From the NCBI GenBank assembly GCA_965243205.1, contig CBDEUK010000001.1, forward strand, positions 352,001-416,000: a stretch of 64,000 bases of DNA, written 5' to 3'. This document shows positions 1 to 11,103 of the stretch, piece by piece (within the stretch, counting starts at the first letter, position 1; each line of letters opens with the position of its first letter). Source of the stretch: Gammaproteobacteria bacterium. Its GTDB lineage: Bacteria; Pseudomonadota; Gammaproteobacteria; Eutrophobiales; Eutrophobiaceae. Made by a program: the position numbers and the translations under genes. The notes under the pieces are model-generated. The model worked only from the letters and a program-made list of their open reading frames with translations, was not told where the DNA came from and made no database searches.

Positions 1-1
1 T

Positions 2-469
2 TTAAGTCGTTATATTCCACCCGAAAAAGGCTACATTAAAACTACTGATGGAATGATCATTGGTGAACATGAGGGTGTGTTTTATTACACTTTAGGCCAG
101 CGCCAAGGTCTAGGTATTGGTGGGGTCAAAGATGCCAGTGACCTACCTTGGTATGTGGTACAAAAACGCATTGATTCAAATGAATTGATCGTGGCTCAAG
201 ATCATGATCATCCCCTACTCCACAGCAAGCAATTGACCGCCTCTAATATTAACTGGGTTTCACCAAAATTACCGCTCGAGAAACTGAGTTGCTTTGCAAA
301 GACTCGATACCGTCAACCCGATCAAGCCTGCGAAGTTATTCGAATCTCTGAAAATGAGTACAAAGTGCAATTTGAGCAATCTCAAAGAGCCATTACTCCT
401 GGTCAATTCGTAGTCTTTTATCAACAAGATGTATGCTTAGGCGGCGGGATCATTGATTCTGCTGAATAA
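2..469 (+). CDS. mnmA: tRNA 2-thiouridylase MnmA, C-terminal part (5' truncated by window edge)
   Basis: Frame is open from base 2; motifs YTLGQRQGLGIGG, KTRYRQ and QRAITPGQFVVFY...CLGGG are typical of the MnmA C-terminus. Confidence 0.95.
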   Translation, partial: LSRYIPPEKGYIKTTDGMIIGEHEGVFYYTLGQRQGLGIGGVKDASDLPWYVVQKRIDSNELIVAQDHDHPLLHSKQLTASNINWVSPKLPLEKLSCFAKTRYRQPDQACEVIRISENEYKVQFEQSQRAITPGQFVVFYQQDVCLGGGIIDSAE

Positions 470-645
470 CACTACTATTATTAGGCATGTCACGGATGTG
501 TGCAAAATGTTAAGTATTTGTTTTAATTCAATTATTTTTATATCTCATAGTTAAAACACTTTTTAAGATCTAAACAGATCGGCCGAAATATCGATATAAA
601 TTGGCTTTTCATAATAATTTTAAATAATCATCGGAGAAAAATATC

Positions 646-3249
646 GTGCTGGAACAGTATCGCAAGCATGTGGAAGAACGGGCGGCTGAAGGTATCGTGC
701 CTAAGCCATTGGATCCTGAACAAACCGCTGCTTTAGTAGAGTTGCTCAAAAATCCTCCTACAGGTGAAGAAGACTTCATCCTGGATCTATTAACCAATCG
801 CGTCCCTGCTGGTGTTGACCAAGCAGCCTATGTCAAAGCTAGTTATCTTGCTGCCATTACTAAAGGTAATGCAACATCGCCTTTAATTGACAAGACGAAA
901 GCCGCAGAATTATTAGGCACTATGTTAGGTGGTTATAACATTGCAGCATTAATTGATTGTCTAGATGATGCTGAATTAGCGCCTACCGCAGTAAAAGCTT
1001 TATCCCATACCTTATTAATGTTTGATGCTTTCCATGATGTAAAAGATAAAGCTGATGCGGGAAATGAATCAGCCAAACAAATTATGCAATCATGGGCTGA
1101 TGGCGAATGGTTTACCAGTCGTCCACAATTAGCAGAAAAAATAACGGTTACCGTATTTAAAGTCACAGGCGAAACCAATACTGATGACTTATCCCCTGCT
1201 CCAGATGCATGGTCACGCCCTGATATTCCATTACATGCAAATGCGATGTTAAAAATGGAACGAGATGGTATTAACCCTGATCAACCAGGTACGGTTGGAC
1301 CAATCAAACAAATCGAAGAATTAAAAACCAAAGGTTTTCCTTTGGCCTATGTGGGTGATGTTGTCGGCACAGGTTCTTCACGTAAATCTGCAACAAATTC
1401 TGTGTTATGGCACATGGGTGATGATATTCCTTTCATCCCTAACAAACGCGATGGTGGTTTTTGCTTAGGCGGCAAAATCGCACCTATCTTTTTCAATACC
1501 ATGGAAGACGCGGGTGCATTACCTATCGAATGTGATGTAACTGGTATGAACATGGGCGATATCATCGATATCTACCCATACGAAGGTAAAATCTGCAAGC
1601 ACGGCAGTGATGAAGTCGTATGTGAGTTCTCCTTGAAAACCGATATTCTTCTTGATGAAGTTCAAGCAGGCGGTCGTATCCCTTTAATCATTGGTCGTGG
1701 TCTTACTGAACGTGCTCGTGAAGCACTTGGGTTAGGAAGTACTGACTTATTCCGTCGCCCAGTCGCTGCTAATGATACTGGCAAAGGTTATACCTTGGCG
1801 CAGAAAATGGTCGGTAAAGCGTGTGGTGTTGAAGGCATTCGTCCTGGTACTTATTGCGAACCAAAAATGACCACTGTGGGTTCTCAAGATACCACTGGCC
1901 CAATGACACGTGATGAGTTAAAAGACTTGGCGTGTTTAGGTTTCTCATCAGACTTAGTAATGCAGTCTTTCTGTCATACCGCAGCATATCCAAAACCTGT
2001 TGATGTAAACACACATGAAACATTACCTGATTTCATCCAAACTCGTGGTGGTGTAGCACTACGCCCAGGTGATGGTGTGATCCACTCTTGGTTAAACCGT
2101 ATGTTAATGCCTGATACCGTTGGTACAGGTGGTGATTCACATACCCGTTTCCCAATTGGTATTTCTTTCCCAGCAGGTTCAGGCCTTGTTGCTTTCGCTG
2201 CAGCGACTGGTGTGATGCCATTAGATATGCCTGAATCGGTTCTTGTTCGTTTCACAGGCGAAATGCAACCAGGTATTACTTTACGTGATTTAGTAAATGC
2301 CATTCCATTAGCTGCAATCAAGACTGGTGATTTAACCGTTGCTAAAGAAGGTAAGAAAAATATCTTCTCAGGTCGTATTTTAGAGATTGAAGGTTTACCT
2401 AACTTAAAATGTGAACAAGCATTTGAATTATCAGATGCATCTGCAGAGCGCTCAGCAGCAGGTTGTACAATTAAATTAGATAAAGAACCTATCATCGAAT
2501 ACTTAACTTCTAACGTCACCATGTTACGTTGGATGATCAACGAAGGTTATGGCGATCCACGTACCTTAGAGCGTCGCGCACAAGCTATGGAAGAATGGTT
2601 AGCAAATCCAGAGCTAATGCAAGCGGATGCTGATGCGGAATACGCAAAAGTATTTGAAATTAACATGTCGGAAATCAAAGAACCTATTCTTGCTTGTCCG
2701 AATGATCCTGATGATGTGAAAACACTAGCTGATGTAGCAGGTACTAAAATCGATGAGATCTTCTTAGGTTCTTGTATGACTAACATCGGTCACTTCCGCG
2801 CAGCCGGTGAGATGTTAAACAAAGCAAAAGGTGAAATCCCAACACGTATGTGGGTAGCTCCTCCAACTAAGATGGATCAAGACCAACTAACTGCTGAAGG
2901 CTACTATAGCTCTTTTGGTAAAGCAGGTGCCCGAACAGAAATGCCTGGTTGTTCATTATGTATGGGTAACCAAGCAAGAGTTGCTCCTGGTTCAACGGTT
3001 GTTTCAACATCAACCCGTAACTTCCCTAACCGTTTAGGTGATGGTGCGAATGTATTCTTAGCATCTGCTGAAATTGCAGCGGTGTCTTCTATCTTAGGCA
3101 AAATTCCAACGTTCGAAGAATACATGGAATACGCTAAGGACTTAGAACCGGTTACCGACAATGTTTATAAATATTTAAACTTTAATGAAATCGATTCGTT
3201 CCAAAATAGTGCAGATGAAGCCAAAGAAAAGATGGCTGCTGAAGCATAA
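646..3249 (+). CDS. acnB: aconitate hydratase B / 2-methylisocitrate dehydratase
   Basis: [23 protein letters not shown]-terminus, [32 protein letters not shown]; GTG start with GGAGA SD. Confidence 0.97.
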   Translation: MLEQYRKHVEERAAEGIVPKPLDPEQTAALVELLKNPPTGEEDFILDLLTNRVPAGVDQAAYVKASYLAAITKGNATSPLIDKTKAAELLGTMLGGYNIAALIDCLDDAELAPTAVKALSHTLLMFDAFHDVKDKADAGNESAKQIMQSWADGEWFTSRPQLAEKITVTVFKVTGETNTDDLSPAPDAWSRPDIPLHANAMLKMERDGINPDQPGTVGPIKQIEELKTKGFPLAYVGDVVGTGSSRKSATNSVLWHMGDDIPFIPNKRDGGFCLGGKIAPIFFNTMEDAGALPIECDVTGMNMGDIIDIYPYEGKICKHGSDEVVCEFSLKTDILLDEVQAGGRIPLIIGRGLTERAREALGLGSTDLFRRPVAANDTGKGYTLAQKMVGKACGVEGIRPGTYCEPKMTTVGSQDTTGPMTRDELKDLACLGFSSDLVMQSFCHTAAYPKPVDVNTHETLPDFIQTRGGVALRPGDGVIHSWLNRMLMPDTVGTGGDSHTRFPIGISFPAGSGLVAFAAATGVMPLDMPESVLVRFTGEMQPGITLRDLVNAIPLAAIKTGDLTVAKEGKKNIFSGRILEIEGLPNLKCEQAFELSDASAERSAAGCTIKLDKEPIIEYLTSNVTMLRWMINEGYGDPRTLERRAQAMEEWLANPELMQADADAEYAKVFEINMSEIKEPILACPNDPDDVKTLADVAGTKIDEIFLGSCMTNIGHFRAAGEMLNKAKGEIPTRMWVAPPTKMDQDQLTAEGYYSSFGKAGARTEMPGCSLCMGNQARVAPGSTVVSTSTRNFPNRLGDGANVFLASAEIAAVSSILGKIPTFEEYMEYAKDLEPVTDNVYKYLNFNEIDSFQNSADEAKEKMAAEA

Positions 3250-3275
3250 TTAATTCTTATATAAAAGAGTATTTT

Positions 3276-3303
3276 AAAGGGCACTTATAGTGCCCTTTTT
3301 TTG
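3276..3303 (+). terminator. intrinsic terminator after acnB
   Basis: AAAGGGCACT-TAT-AGTGCCCTTT hairpin followed by a T run. Confidence 0.85.
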
Positions 3304-3429
3304 TTCTTTATAAAAATAAATATTCTAAAAGAATGTTTCATAATGCATCACCCATATCAAGTATATTTTTATTCAAAAGTGTTCGAACAATGATATTATG
3401 ACGTTTTATTGGCGTTATATTATTGAAGA

Positions 3430-4572
3430 ATGAGTTACTATAAAGCTTCGGAAGCTAAACAACTTGATATACTGCTTAAAAATACTCGAACTGGGTTAGT
3501 TTATGCTGCCTTGTATATTGTTCTGTTCTATTTAATTATTCCTAAAGAAACTCTAAATTTTATTTTTTACATTTGGGCAGTCTCTTACATTTTTATTAAT
3601 GTAATTCGAACATTTTTAGGTATTAAAATTAGCGATGTTATCGAGAAAAATACTGAGCTGAAGCCTTGGGTTATTGGATTTAATGTTAATTTATTTTTGT
3701 CTTCCATATGCCTATGCTATCTCCTACTAATATTTGAAACGACATGGCCTGTTGTTAATCAAATAGCTTTTTGGATGTTATACGTTAGCCTGATAGCAGG
3801 CAGCGTACCTTTATATTCCGTAAAATTTGAAAGCTATCTTAGCTTTGCAAGTCCGCTTATTGTTAGTTGTTTCCTAATGCCATTTACTCTTACAGATCCA
3901 AGTTATAAATATATTGGCTATTTATTTATTCCTTTTGGTATCGGGATTATTTTTGTTGCAAAAAAATATAACGATATTCTGAAAAACTTAAATAAAAAAG
4001 AAATTGAACTAGCTGAATCTAATAAAAAATTAGAAAGTATTGCATCGAAAGACCCATTAACTCGTTTACCTAACCGAAGAGCCTACGATGAATATTTCTT
4101 GTCTGAATGGGATCGACATAAACGCTCGGCATCTGTCCTATCACTATTAATCATCGATGTAGATCATTTTAAAGAATATAACGACCACTATGGCCATAGT
4201 GAAGGAGACACATGTTTAATTCGGCTTTCAAATATTATTAATAAAAATTTAAAACGCCCTGGTGATTTAGCTTGTCGTTATGGTGGAGAAGAATTTACTA
4301 TCATTCTTCCAGATACAAATACAAAAGGTGCTTTTGAAGTCGCTGAAAGAATGCGCAAAAAAATCGAAAATCTACAAATTCCTCATGAATATTCAGAAAT
4401 GACGCCGTATGTCACTGTGAGCATTGGTGTGGCTACAATTGATCCATCAGATGAAAATGAACCTCAAAGTTTTTTCAAACAAGCTGATGCTCAACTTTAT
4501 AATGCAAAACAACGTGGCAGAAATAAAGTATGTATAGATACAAAAAATATTGTTGAGAGTAATACTACTTAA
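3430..4572 (+). CDS. membrane-bound diguanylate cyclase (GGDEF domain)
   Basis: Several N-terminal TM helices, DPLTRLPNRR, DVDHFKEYND, RPGD I-site and RYGGEEF active site. Confidence 0.92.
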   Translation: MSYYKASEAKQLDILLKNTRTGLVYAALYIVLFYLIIPKETLNFIFYIWAVSYIFINVIRTFLGIKISDVIEKNTELKPWVIGFNVNLFLSSICLCYLLLIFETTWPVVNQIAFWMLYVSLIAGSVPLYSVKFESYLSFASPLIVSCFLMPFTLTDPSYKYIGYLFIPFGIGIIFVAKKYNDILKNLNKKEIELAESNKKLESIASKDPLTRLPNRRAYDEYFLSEWDRHKRSASVLSLLIIDVDHFKEYNDHYGHSEGDTCLIRLSNIINKNLKRPGDLACRYGGEEFTIILPDTNTKGAFEVAERMRKKIENLQIPHEYSEMTPYVTVSIGVATIDPSDENEPQSFFKQADAQLYNAKQRGRNKVCIDTKNIVESNTT

Positions 4573-4619
4573 ATAATATAAACGTTAACTATTTTACTTA
4601 ACAGCTCTGCCTAAAATTT

Positions 4620-6008
4620 TTATGTTGCCTCGTGCATATTGCCTCTAACAAACGATAAATATAATCCTGGAATGCATAATAAGGCTGCAAGCATAAAACA
4701 AATTTGTATTGCCGTTTGTAATTGATGATATGTTTCTTCTGTAATTTTATTTTCGCCAATAAATAAAGAAAAGATCATTGCAACTAAAATCATACTGCTG
4801 AGTTGTCCAAGAATACGCATGCTTGCCATTATAGAAGTTGCGCTTCCATAGAGCTTTTTTTCTACAGAACTCATAATTGCATTTACATTCGGTGATGAAA
4901 AAAAACTAAACCCAAGGCCAGTAATGACTAATGCTAATAAAATATAAACCAAACTAGTTTCTGAATTTAAACCTGAAAGAAAAAACAAACCCAGTATCGT
5001 TAATATCATGCCAATAGTAGCAATATATCTAGGCTCATAACGATCGGATAATTTACCAGTAAGAGGAGAAAATACCGCCATCACTAATGGTTGTATCATC
5101 ATTATTATACCTGCTTGCGTTGCAGAAAATTCTTGTAAATATTGTAAATACAAACTGATTAAAACCACGTTAGCAAAAGTGGCTGTATACATAATCAGTG
5201 ACGCTATGCAAGAAAAAGTGAATACTTTATTCGTAAAAAATAATTTTACATTAATTAATGGTGATTCAAGCGAATATTGTAATTTGATAAAAATGAAAAT
5301 AAAAATAACACTAATTAAAATTAGAATATAACCAAGATAATTAGGAATTTTAGTCACGCCATAACACAAACAAGCTATTGCTATTGCATAGGTTAGCGCT
5401 CCAACAACATCTATTCTTGTTTTTTTCTCTGCTCGCCATTCATCCTTAACAAATACACTCCCTATAACAATGACTAATATCGCTAATGGAATATGCAATA
5501 AAAAAGCACTACGCCATCCAAATTTATCTATTAAAATGCCGCCTAAAAAAGTACCAAAACATAAACCTAAATAAATCATTGAAACTGTTAAACCAACAAT
5601 CTTTCCTCTTTCTTTTGGTGGATAAATGGAACTCACGATAGCTACTTGAGTAGCATATAACATTGCAGCACTAATACCTTGTAGGAAACGAGCACTTAAG
5701 ATCTCAAATGAATTATTTGCTGTTGCTGCATAAGATGATGTAATAACAACAAGTATGGTTCCCAATAAGAAAATTTTCTTACGACCATACACATCTGCTA
5801 ATCGTCCAAATAATAATAAAAACATTGCGCTTGCCATTAAATACGCCATTGGCACCCAACTTATAACAACAGCGTCTAAATTTAGACTATTAGCAATATG
5901 TGGTAATGCTACATTGACCGCCGATAACATTAAGGGCGTAGTGAAAGCATTTATTAACACCATAACTAACGTTATTCTTGTTTGGAAATTTGTATTCGTA
6001 TCGGTCAT
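4620..6008 (-). CDS. MFS transporter, DHA2 (EmrB/QacA-like) family
   Basis: About 14 hydrophobic segments, GRLADVYGRKK and GKLSDRYEPR MFS loop motifs; start overlaps cmoB stop (ATGA). Confidence 0.88.
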   Translation of the reverse strand: MTDTNTNFQTRITLVMVLINAFTTPLMLSAVNVALPHIANSLNLDAVVISWVPMAYLMASAMFLLLFGRLADVYGRKKIFLLGTILVVITSSYAATANNSFEILSARFLQGISAAMLYATQVAIVSSIYPPKERGKIVGLTVSMIYLGLCFGTFLGGILIDKFGWRSAFLLHIPLAILVIVIGSVFVKDEWRAEKKTRIDVVGALTYAIAIACLCYGVTKIPNYLGYILILISVIFIFIFIKLQYSLESPLINVKLFFTNKVFTFSCIASLIMYTATFANVVLISLYLQYLQEFSATQAGIIMMIQPLVMAVFSPLTGKLSDRYEPRYIATIGMILTILGLFFLSGLNSETSLVYILLALVITGLGFSFFSSPNVNAIMSSVEKKLYGSATSIMASMRILGQLSSMILVAMIFSLFIGENKITEETYHQLQTAIQICFMLAALLCIPGLYLSFVRGNMHEAT

Positions 6009-6979
6009 ACTATTTTTATTGCTTTCATAAGAACACGTTTTGGAGCTGGATAACCTTCGATTGTTTTTGTTATATCATTTGGGTCAAGGAAATCAGCCAA
6101 AGATTCAAAAGACATCCATTGAGTTACACGTTGTTCCTGAGAGGTAGTGTTCGATTCATCCAGAATTTCTATTGATGAAAATCCATTTTCAGATAAAGTT
6201 TCAGAAAGTTTACGAATCGATGGTATCCACCAAACATTTTTCATTTTAGCATATCGCCCATCAGGTACTAAAATATCGCCATAGATTTCGTCAATGACTA
6301 AAGTTTCGATCACAAGCTCACCATTCGGTTTAATGCAATTATATAGCTGTTTTATATGCTCAACAGGATCACGTCGATGATATATCACCCCCATAGAAAA
6401 AACCGTGTCGAAAGATAATTTATCTATTGATAATTCTTGAATACCAAATGGCAACATATAAAACGGATTATCTATAAGATAACGTTTTAAAATTTCGTAT
6501 TGCATCAAATAAAACAAAGTTGGATCAATACCAACAACGATATCTGCTCCTGCTCCTAACATACGCAAACTGTAATAACCATTACCACAACCAACATCTA
6601 AAACTGTTTTATTTGTTAAATCTATTTTATCTTTGACACGAGACCATTTTAAATCACAGCGCCATTCAGCATCCAAATCTATTCCAAATAAATCAAATGG
6701 ACCTTTACGCCAAGGAATAAATGTTTTTAAAACAGTTTTTATTTGTTCAAACTCTTGTTCTGAACAATCTTTTCTTTCACCAATTCTTGGTGCGGTTGCA
6801 GTAAAATCAAATGATGAAGGTTTAATATCAGGTAATGATTCAATTGCCTGTTTCCAAGCAGGGTAGTTTCCATGATTAATATTGCGAACGTATTCTTCTA
6901 GTTTTGATTGTAATTCCACAGCCCAATCAGCCATACCATGCTGATCCAATAACGGATATAGATTCGAATATTCAAACAT
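6005..6979 (-). CDS. cmoB: tRNA U34 carboxymethyltransferase CmoB
   Basis: PWRKGPF, DAEWRCDLKW, VLDVGCGNGY, FDTVFSMGVIYHRR, TIEGYPAP; next to cmoA. Confidence 0.95.
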   Translation of the reverse strand: MFEYSNLYPLLDQHGMADWAVELQSKLEEYVRNINHGNYPAWKQAIESLPDIKPSSFDFTATAPRIGERKDCSEQEFEQIKTVLKTFIPWRKGPFDLFGIDLDAEWRCDLKWSRVKDKIDLTNKTVLDVGCGNGYYSLRMLGAGADIVVGIDPTLFYLMQYEILKRYLIDNPFYMLPFGIQELSIDKLSFDTVFSMGVIYHRRDPVEHIKQLYNCIKPNGELVIETLVIDEIYGDILVPDGRYAKMKNVWWIPSIRKLSETLSENGFSSIEILDESNTTSQEQRVTQWMSFESLADFLDPNDITKTIEGYPAPKRVLMKAIKIV

Positions 6980-6980
6980 A

Positions 6981-7712
6981 TTATTTTTGAGCTAGGAAGG
7001 TTATAAAATTGAAATTTTGCATTAACACATCAAAAGATTGAAATCCTACTGATTCACAACGTTGTTTATGTGAATTTATTGTTTCAGGAATTAATATATT
7101 TTCTAAAGCAGTACGTTTACCTGAAATTTCCATATCATCATATCCATTAAGTTTTTTATATCGATGATGTAATTCAGTCATACGGTTTTGTTGTTCTTCA
7201 TCTTCAAAAATAATTTTTTCAGAAATAGCTAACACACCTTTTTCATTCAAACCTGAATAAATCTTTTGAATCAATTTCTCTCTTTCAGGTAGAGGTAAAA
7301 ACTGTAAGGTGTAGTTCATAACAACTATGGATGCATTATGTATTTCTATATCTCGAACATCTGCATGAACTATTTCGATCAGCGTCTTATTTGAAATACG
7401 TTGTAATTGTTTTTTACATCGAGTGATCATAGGTTCAGAAATATCTACAGCAATGATTTTAAATCTCTCATCATTCAAAGCTTGGCTCATTGATAAAGTA
7501 CAAGCGCCTAATGAACAACCTAAATCATAAATCTGTGAATTGGCAACAGAATATTGTTTTGCAATCACACCTAATAAAGCAACGCTCTGAAAATAACCCG
7601 GCACTGAACGATTGATCATATCTGGAAATACATCTGCTACACGTTCATCAAATTCAAATGGCTTAATTTCGCCATCAAAGTTTCGATAGATTGTGTCTTT
7701 TTGCTTTGTCAT
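6981..7712 (-). CDS. cmoA: carboxy-S-adenosyl-L-methionine synthase CmoA
   Basis: FEFDERVADVFPDMINRSVPGY, YDLGCSLGA, NYTLQF, KRTALEN. Confidence 0.95.
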   Translation of the reverse strand: MTKQKDTIYRNFDGEIKPFEFDERVADVFPDMINRSVPGYFQSVALLGVIAKQYSVANSQIYDLGCSLGACTLSMSQALNDERFKIIAVDISEPMITRCKKQLQRISNKTLIEIVHADVRDIEIHNASIVVMNYTLQFLPLPEREKLIQKIYSGLNEKGVLAISEKIIFEDEEQQNRMTELHHRYKKLNGYDDMEISGKRTALENILIPETINSHKQRCESVGFQSFDVLMQNFNFITFLAQK

Positions 7713-7794
7713 TGCTCTATTGTAACCGCAATGCTTGAGAAAAATGCTAGAATTACTGTTTTTGATTAAATAAATATTTTAAGAGTTGCTATCG

Positions 7795-9312
7795 ATGACA
7801 GTTATTAAACAAGACGATTTTATTGCCAGCGTTGCTGACGCTTTGCAATTTATTTCCTATTACCATCCTCTCGATTTTATCCAGGCTGTGAATGCCGCTT
7901 ATGAGAAAGAAGAAAGCCAGGCCGCAAAAGATGCAATGGCTCAAATCTTAATCAATTCTCGTATGTGTGCTGAAGGCCACCGCCCTATCTGTCAAGATAC
8001 TGGCATCGTTACCGTATTTATCAAAGTCGGTATGGATGTTCAATGGGATGCCAACATGGGCGTTACCGATATGATCAACGAAGGTGTACGTCAAGCCTAT
8101 AATCATCCTGATAATAAACTACGTGCTTCAATTCTTTCCGATCCAGACGGTGCTCGAAAAAATACTGGCGATAACACTCCTGCTGTGATCAATATGGAAA
8201 TCGTTGAAGGGAATACAGTTGATGTGCAAGTTGCGGCCAAAGGCGGTGGGTCAGAAGCCAAATCAAAATTTGCTATGTTGAATCCATCCGACAGCATTGT
8301 TGATTGGGTATTAAAAACCGTTCCAACTATGGGCGCGGGTTGGTGTCCGCCAGGCATGTTAGGCATCGGGATTGGTGGTACTGCGGAAAAAGCCATGGTG
8401 ATGGCAAAAGAAAGTTTGATGGATCCTGTCAACATACAAGAACTCATTGAACGTGGTCCAAGTAACCGCGCTGAAGAACTACGCTTAGAGTTATATGAAA
8501 AAGTAAATAACTTAGGTATCGGTGCACAAGGTTTAGGCGGTTTAACGACTGTACTTGATATCAAAGTTCGGGATTACCCAACTCATGCTGCTAATAAACC
8601 AATCGCTATGATTCCTAACTGCGCGGCGACTCGTCATGCACATTTTGTATTAGATGGTTCAGGTCCTTCATTACAAACACCTCCAAATCTAGATGACTGG
8701 CCAGAGATCACTTGGGATGCAGGCCCAACTGCCAAACGTGTAAACCTAGATGAAGTCACACAAGAAGAAATTGAAACCTGGCAACCTGGCCAAACCTTAT
8801 TGCTTAACGGCAAAATGTTAACCGGTCGTGATGCAGCTCATAAAAAGATTCAAGATATTTTATCCAAAGGTGAATCCTTACCTGACGGTGTGGATTTTAA
8901 AAATCGTTTTATCTATTACGTAGGTCCAGTTGACGCAGTGCGCGACGAAGTGGTCGGTCCTGCTGGTCCAACAACCGCAACACGTATGGATAAATTCACC
9001 GAGATGATGTTAGCCGAAACAGGCTTACTTGGTATGGTTGGTAAAGCTGAACGTGGTCCAGTTGCAATTGATGCTATCAAAAAACACAAAGCCGTTTATT
9101 TAATGGCCGTAGGTGGCGCAGCTTACTTAGTCTCTAAAGCAATTACTGATGCGAAAATCGTTGCGTTTGAAGAACTCGGTATGGAAGCTATTCATGAATT
9201 TGAAGTGAAAGACATGCCTGTAACCGTCGCAGTTGATGTGAACGGTGATGCAGTACATAAATCTGGCCCTGAACAATGGAAGCAGATTATCTTTGATAGA
9301 AAATCTGCATAA
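7795..9312 (+). CDS. class I (Fe-S) fumarate hydratase
   Basis: MTVIKQDDFIASVADALQFISYYHP, RPICQDTG, KGGGSE, GWCPPG, GPTTATRMDKF; ATG at 7795 preferred over upstream TTG. Confidence 0.93.
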   Translation: MTVIKQDDFIASVADALQFISYYHPLDFIQAVNAAYEKEESQAAKDAMAQILINSRMCAEGHRPICQDTGIVTVFIKVGMDVQWDANMGVTDMINEGVRQAYNHPDNKLRASILSDPDGARKNTGDNTPAVINMEIVEGNTVDVQVAAKGGGSEAKSKFAMLNPSDSIVDWVLKTVPTMGAGWCPPGMLGIGIGGTAEKAMVMAKESLMDPVNIQELIERGPSNRAEELRLELYEKVNNLGIGAQGLGGLTTVLDIKVRDYPTHAANKPIAMIPNCAATRHAHFVLDGSGPSLQTPPNLDDWPEITWDAGPTAKRVNLDEVTQEEIETWQPGQTLLLNGKMLTGRDAAHKKIQDILSKGESLPDGVDFKNRFIYYVGPVDAVRDEVVGPAGPTTATRMDKFTEMMLAETGLLGMVGKAERGPVAIDAIKKHKAVYLMAVGGAAYLVSKAITDAKIVAFEELGMEAIHEFEVKDMPVTVAVDVNGDAVHKSGPEQWKQIIFDRKSA

Positions 9313-9314
9313 GC

Positions 9315-9866
9315 ATGCCTAAAGTCTTAGTTCCACTGGCACAAGGATGTGAAGAACTGGAAGCGGTTACTATCATCGATGTGTTACGACGAGCGGGTAT
9401 AGAAGTTATTACTGCTAGTTTAGATGGCGAAATGATCACTGCCAGTCGTGGCGTTAAACTCGTAGCTGACATGGATCTTGATACAGCATTACAAAAAGAC
9501 TATGACATGTGTGTGCTACCAGGTGGTCTACCTGGTTCAGATCATCTTGATAATGATCCTCGCATTCGTGAATTACTCATCAAACTTTCCAATAGTGAGA
9601 AATTTACTGCAGCCATCTGCGCCGCACCTAAAGTTTTAGCCAATGCAGGTTTATTAAATGGTAGACGTGCCACAAGTTACCCAGGTGTATTAAATTCTAT
9701 GGAAATAATTGATATGGAGTATATTGAAGATAATGTTGTTAAAGATGGAACTGTGATTACTTCTCGTGGCCCTGGCACAGCAATAGAATTCGCTTTGACC
9801 TTAGTTGCAACATTAGTTGGTAAAGAAAAAAGAAATAACGTAGCAAAAGGATTGTTGAATAACTAA
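9315..9866 (+). CDS. DJ-1/PfpI family protein (YajL/ThiJ-like)
   Basis: GCEELEAVTIIDVLRRAG, LPGG, AAICAAP nucleophile Cys, TSRGPGTA. Confidence 0.9.
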   Translation: MPKVLVPLAQGCEELEAVTIIDVLRRAGIEVITASLDGEMITASRGVKLVADMDLDTALQKDYDMCVLPGGLPGSDHLDNDPRIRELLIKLSNSEKFTAAICAAPKVLANAGLLNGRRATSYPGVLNSMEIIDMEYIEDNVVKDGTVITSRGPGTAIEFALTLVATLVGKEKRNNVAKGLLNN

Positions 9867-9899
9867 TAAAAAAATGAATTAGAGTTAATAATTTTTAAA

Positions 9900-10466
9900 T
9901 TACTCTGCTACCGCCTTTAGCTCTCCCAAAGTCCCTTCCCACAGTTTAAAAAAGCTTTGTTGATGTGAAAAACGTACCCAACTTACCCAACTATATTTCT
10001 CTAAATTCGGATCATCAACCGCTATATTATGTTGTTTAATACCTATAGATAACTCGCCTCCTTCTTCACGCTTTTTCCTTTCCTTAAAAAAGTTTTGTAT
10101 CTCTCTTAGTTGCTCTGCTGAATCATCAGTTAATTGATATAACAACCATCGATAATTTTTATCCGCATTAAAACTTAACTGCTCACTGCTCAACTCAGAT
10201 AATTTCATGGTCAAAGAAAGATTAATCGGCTCAAATGTTCCTTCTTCGGCAGGCTTAATGCCTACATCTAAATAAGGAACTGCATTCGAATCAATTTGAA
10301 TGTTTTCATCCACTCCAATCGCGAGTGCAAACTCTGCAGGATCGCTATTCAGTAACTGTTCTGGAACACTGAATAATTTTGGAATTGATTTGAGTGGCAC
10401 ACCTCCACAAGCTATAAACAAGGAACAAAACAGGATAATTAGAACATTTCTACTGATAATAAACAC
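9900..10466 (-). CDS. hypothetical lipoprotein
   Basis: Hydrophobic leader ending in lipobox-like FIAC; GTG start at 10466 chosen from AAGGA SD. Confidence 0.6.
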   Translation of the reverse strand: MFIISRNVLIILFCSLFIACGGVPLKSIPKLFSVPEQLLNSDPAEFALAIGVDENIQIDSNAVPYLDVGIKPAEEGTFEPINLSLTMKLSELSSEQLSFNADKNYRWLLYQLTDDSAEQLREIQNFFKERKKREEGGELSIGIKQHNIAVDDPNLEKYSWVSWVRFSHQQSFFKLWEGTLGELKAVAE

Positions 10467-10514
10467 TTTACTTTCCTTAAAAAATAACAAATAATTATTA
10501 TTATATATATATTT

Positions 10515-10533
10515 ATTATTGTTTTACAATAAT
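10515..10533. promoter_or_regulatory. palindromic operator candidate ATTATTG-N5-CAATAAT
   Basis: Perfect 7-bp inverted repeat between divergent lipoprotein and DUF2975/XRE genes. Confidence 0.5.
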
Positions 10534-10547
10534 TTTAGGTGTCGTTT

Positions 10548-11099
10548 ATGAATACAAAACCAGAAAATCATGTAGTGATGATATGGAGTTACCGCTTATC
10601 TTGGGTATGCTTACTATGTTTCTATCTATTACCAATAGCCGTTATTTCTTTATGGCTAATGAATTATAACGATCCAAAACACATAAGTTATTTCTTGGAG
10701 CTTCCAGAACTGGAAATCATCAACCAACCATCTTTATTGGTTAAACTCATCTCACTGTTTATTTTATTAATCCCTGTCAGCCTCTTTATGATTGCAATGC
10801 TGTATGCAAAAAACTGTTTCAGAGCATTTAGTAAAGGCGATTATTATTCTGCTCTCACTGTAAACGCATTAAGAAATTTCTCTCGCTTTATATTCTTTTC
10901 AGTATTGGCTAGTTTATTCGCTACACCGTTACTGTCTGTATTATTAACCTGGCAAAACCCAGAAGGTTTGCGGCAAGTTGCAATCAACTTAAGCTCGAAT
11001 AATGTATTTACATTACTCGTTTCAGCGATGTTTTGGGTAATATCCTCTATACTTGCTCATGGTGGAAGACTACAAAAAGAAAACCAATCTTTTATCTAA
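10548..11099 (+). CDS. DUF2975-like membrane protein
   Basis: Four TM helices, F..F.KG.Y segment, C-terminal G.RLQKENQSFI; directly followed by an XRE HTH gene as usual for this family. Confidence 0.8.
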   Translation: MNTKPENHVVMIWSYRLSWVCLLCFYLLPIAVISLWLMNYNDPKHISYFLELPELEIINQPSLLVKLISLFILLIPVSLFMIAMLYAKNCFRAFSKGDYYSALTVNALRNFSRFIFFSVLASLFATPLLSVLLTWQNPEGLRQVAINLSSNNVFTLLVSAMFWVISSILAHGGRLQKENQSFI

Positions 11100-11103
11100 C
11101 TGT

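Noticed and set aside
609-3161. Several antisense ORFs inside acnB (likewise inside fumarase, mutS, phaA, ispG, fabB, the antiporter and the barrels)
   Set aside because: Shadow ORFs on the reverse strand of well-conserved genes; no SD or recognisable motifs
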